NCBI GenBank assembly: GCA_012518455.1
Contig: JAAYSA010000050.1
Span: 1-61,173, forward strand
Reading direction: 5' to 3'
From: Erysipelotrichaceae bacterium
GTDB lineage: Bacteria; Bacillota_I; Bacilli_A; RFN20; CAG-826
Length of the DNA: 61,173 nucleotides
The notes under the pieces: generated by a model
What the model was told of the DNA's origin: nothing
Database searches by the model: none
Seen by the model: only the letters and a program-made list of their open reading frames with translations
Part shown: piece after piece, positions 59,873-61,173 of the stretch
Layout of the letters: each line of letters begins with the position of its first letter
Numbering within the stretch: position 1 is the stretch's first letter
Program-made: the position numbers and the translations under genes

Positions 59873-60136
59873 ATGCCAAATACCAAATCGATGATTAAAC
59901 GGGTAAAGACAAACGAAAAAGCACGCAATCGCAATGCTTCATTTAAATCTTCTGTTAGAACAGCTATCAAAAAAGTACGTAATGCAGTTGAAGCCAATGA
60001 TAAAGAACTAGCACTCACTCATTATCGTGACGCTGTTTCTTTAGTAGATAAAGCTGTCACAAAAAATGTTATTCATAAAAATAAAGCCGCCCGTATTAAA
60101 AGCAGCATTACCAAAGCAGTTAATGAATTAAAATAG
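59873..60136 (+). CDS. rpsT: 30S ribosomal protein S20
   Basis: MPNTKSMIKRVKTNEKARNRN..., SD aaggag. Confidence 0.95.
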   Translation: MPNTKSMIKRVKTNEKARNRNASFKSSVRTAIKKVRNAVEANDKELALTHYRDAVSLVDKAVTKNVIHKNKAARIKSSITKAVNELK

Positions 60137-60156
60137 CATCGCAAGATGCTTTTTTT
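60135..60156. terminator. Terminator shared by convergent rpsT and holA
   Basis: agcatc-gcaa-gatgct followed by T6. Confidence 0.7.
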
Positions 60157-61108
60157 AATAATTTATAATAAATAATTCTAATCCATAAGCGCCATCGATT
60201 TGGCCGCTTTTTATTTTGAAATCTAGATCATGCAGTTTTTCTAATTTATCAAAGATTTCTATAAGTGTGATTTTATCTTGCATATCAAGTGCAAGTTTAA
60301 CGCGGTAAGTATGAATTTTTAATGTTTCTGCAATCTCACTTTGTCCTAAGCTTTTTTCACTTAGAATAAATATTTGACTATAAAGACGGAATTGATTTGC
60401 TAGCATCGTAATTAAGCTTACTGGCTGAACATTTAAGACCATAAAATCACGATATATTTTAAGTGCACGACCCTTTTCATCATTTACCAATGCATTTGTT
60501 AATTCATATTGCTTTTCTTCAAATGGTTCAGTTACTAATTCTTTTATAACATCAACAGTTATATCTTTTGTGTAAAGGAGAACTTTATCTGCTTCTGAAA
60601 CAAAAGCAAGGCTATCAATACCAATACGAGTAATTAATTCGTCGATTGCATCTTTACTAATTTTAGCTCCTTGCTTTTCAAAGTAGCGCTTAATAAAAAT
60701 CGGCCAATCACGTTCACTAATGTTTGAAGCAATATAAACTTGACCCTTTTCTTCTATTAATTGAAAAAGAGGTATTTTCTTATCAATAGAAGTTCCGCGA
60801 ACTACAAAAATAACAACAATTTCAGGTAAATTCTCCTGTAAAATATTAAAAAGTTGTTTATCTTCAGAATTTTCTTCTTTTGCCTTGCTACTTTTTTCAA
60901 AATAATGGGCAAAATCAAGGACAACTGCTTTTTTAGCAATTCCAAGAGGTAAAAGCATAATGCTTTCAATTATTTCATCAAATGAAGCTTCGCGGCAGTC
61001 ATAACGCTCTACATTAAAAGCATCAGGCGTACCTATTTCGTCTTTTATAATAGTTTCGATTCTTTTATTCGTAACTAGAACATCGTTACCTGCTATTAAA
61101 TAAATCAT
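60155..61108 (-). CDS. holA: DNA polymerase III delta subunit
   Basis: About 317 aa, IYLIAGND N-terminus, clamp-loader delta layout, adjacent to rpsT as in B. subtilis; ATG 61108 has TATAAT 6 nt upstream. Confidence 0.8.
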   Translation of the reverse strand: MIYLIAGNDVLVTNKRIETIIKDEIGTPDAFNVERYDCREASFDEIIESIMLLPLGIAKKAVVLDFAHYFEKSSKAKEENSEDKQLFNILQENLPEIVVIFVVRGTSIDKKIPLFQLIEEKGQVYIASNISERDWPIFIKRYFEKQGAKISKDAIDELITRIGIDSLAFVSEADKVLLYTKDITVDVIKELVTEPFEEKQYELTNALVNDEKGRALKIYRDFMVLNVQPVSLITMLANQFRLYSQIFILSEKSLGQSEIAETLKIHTYRVKLALDMQDKITLIEIFDKLEKLHDLDFKIKSGQIDGAYGLELFIINY

Positions 61109-61173
61109 GACTATATTATAAACGAAAAAGATAGAGACTTGTAGCAAATCGATGATTCTAAATCAGTTCTTCT

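Overview
AT-rich (about 30% GC by eye), gene-dense chromosomal window. TGA is used as a stop (e.g. 3824-3826) and Trp is TGG, so this is genetic code 11, not the Mycoplasma code. Gene content and order are those of a strongly reduced Firmicutes/Mollicutes-like genome. Acholeplasma-like or Erysipelotrichia-like is an inference only.

Bases 1-13968 are one plus-strand block: aspS', tkt, asp23-family, nusB, xseAB, dxs, dinB, xerD, deoB, two ABC importer components and a MazF-like gene. From 14352 onward the genes are mostly minus-strand and collinear with the B. subtilis yqe/yqf supercluster:
- yqeG-yqeH-yhbY-nadD/yqeK and parEC
- nfo-cshB, ispH, yqfO-trmK-sigA-dnaG-glyQS-recO-era-cdd-ybeY
- rpsU, deoC, rpmF, mtaB, rsmE remnant, dnaJ-dnaK-grpE-hrcA with CIRCE
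- hemW, lepA, fmt, rpsT, holA

I saw no rRNA, tRNA, CRISPR array, transposase or prophage. I cannot point to a clear multi-gene novel system.

The main observations are:
1. A dispersed family of sense-oriented, 11-bp-phased AGTA repeat arrays fills at least 7 intergenic spacers. This is the strongest unexplained signal.
2. A convergent strand switch at about 14 kb carries a dif-like 28-mer, which suggests the replication terminus.
3. An antitoxin-less MazF/PemK-like protein has an N-terminal extension.
4. Lineage-specific insertions interrupt conserved synteny: a degenerate-Fic/wHTH protein plus a small acidic membrane protein, a C39 peptidase-TMD protein without an ATPase, and a 243-aa orphan.
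5. rsmE is decayed, with a frameshift and an internal deletion.
6. tkt and rpmF carry charged C-terminal tails.
7. Several genes have a TATAAT-N6-start geometry, suggesting leaderless mRNAs.

All calls come from reading the sequence and translations by eye. No searches were run.
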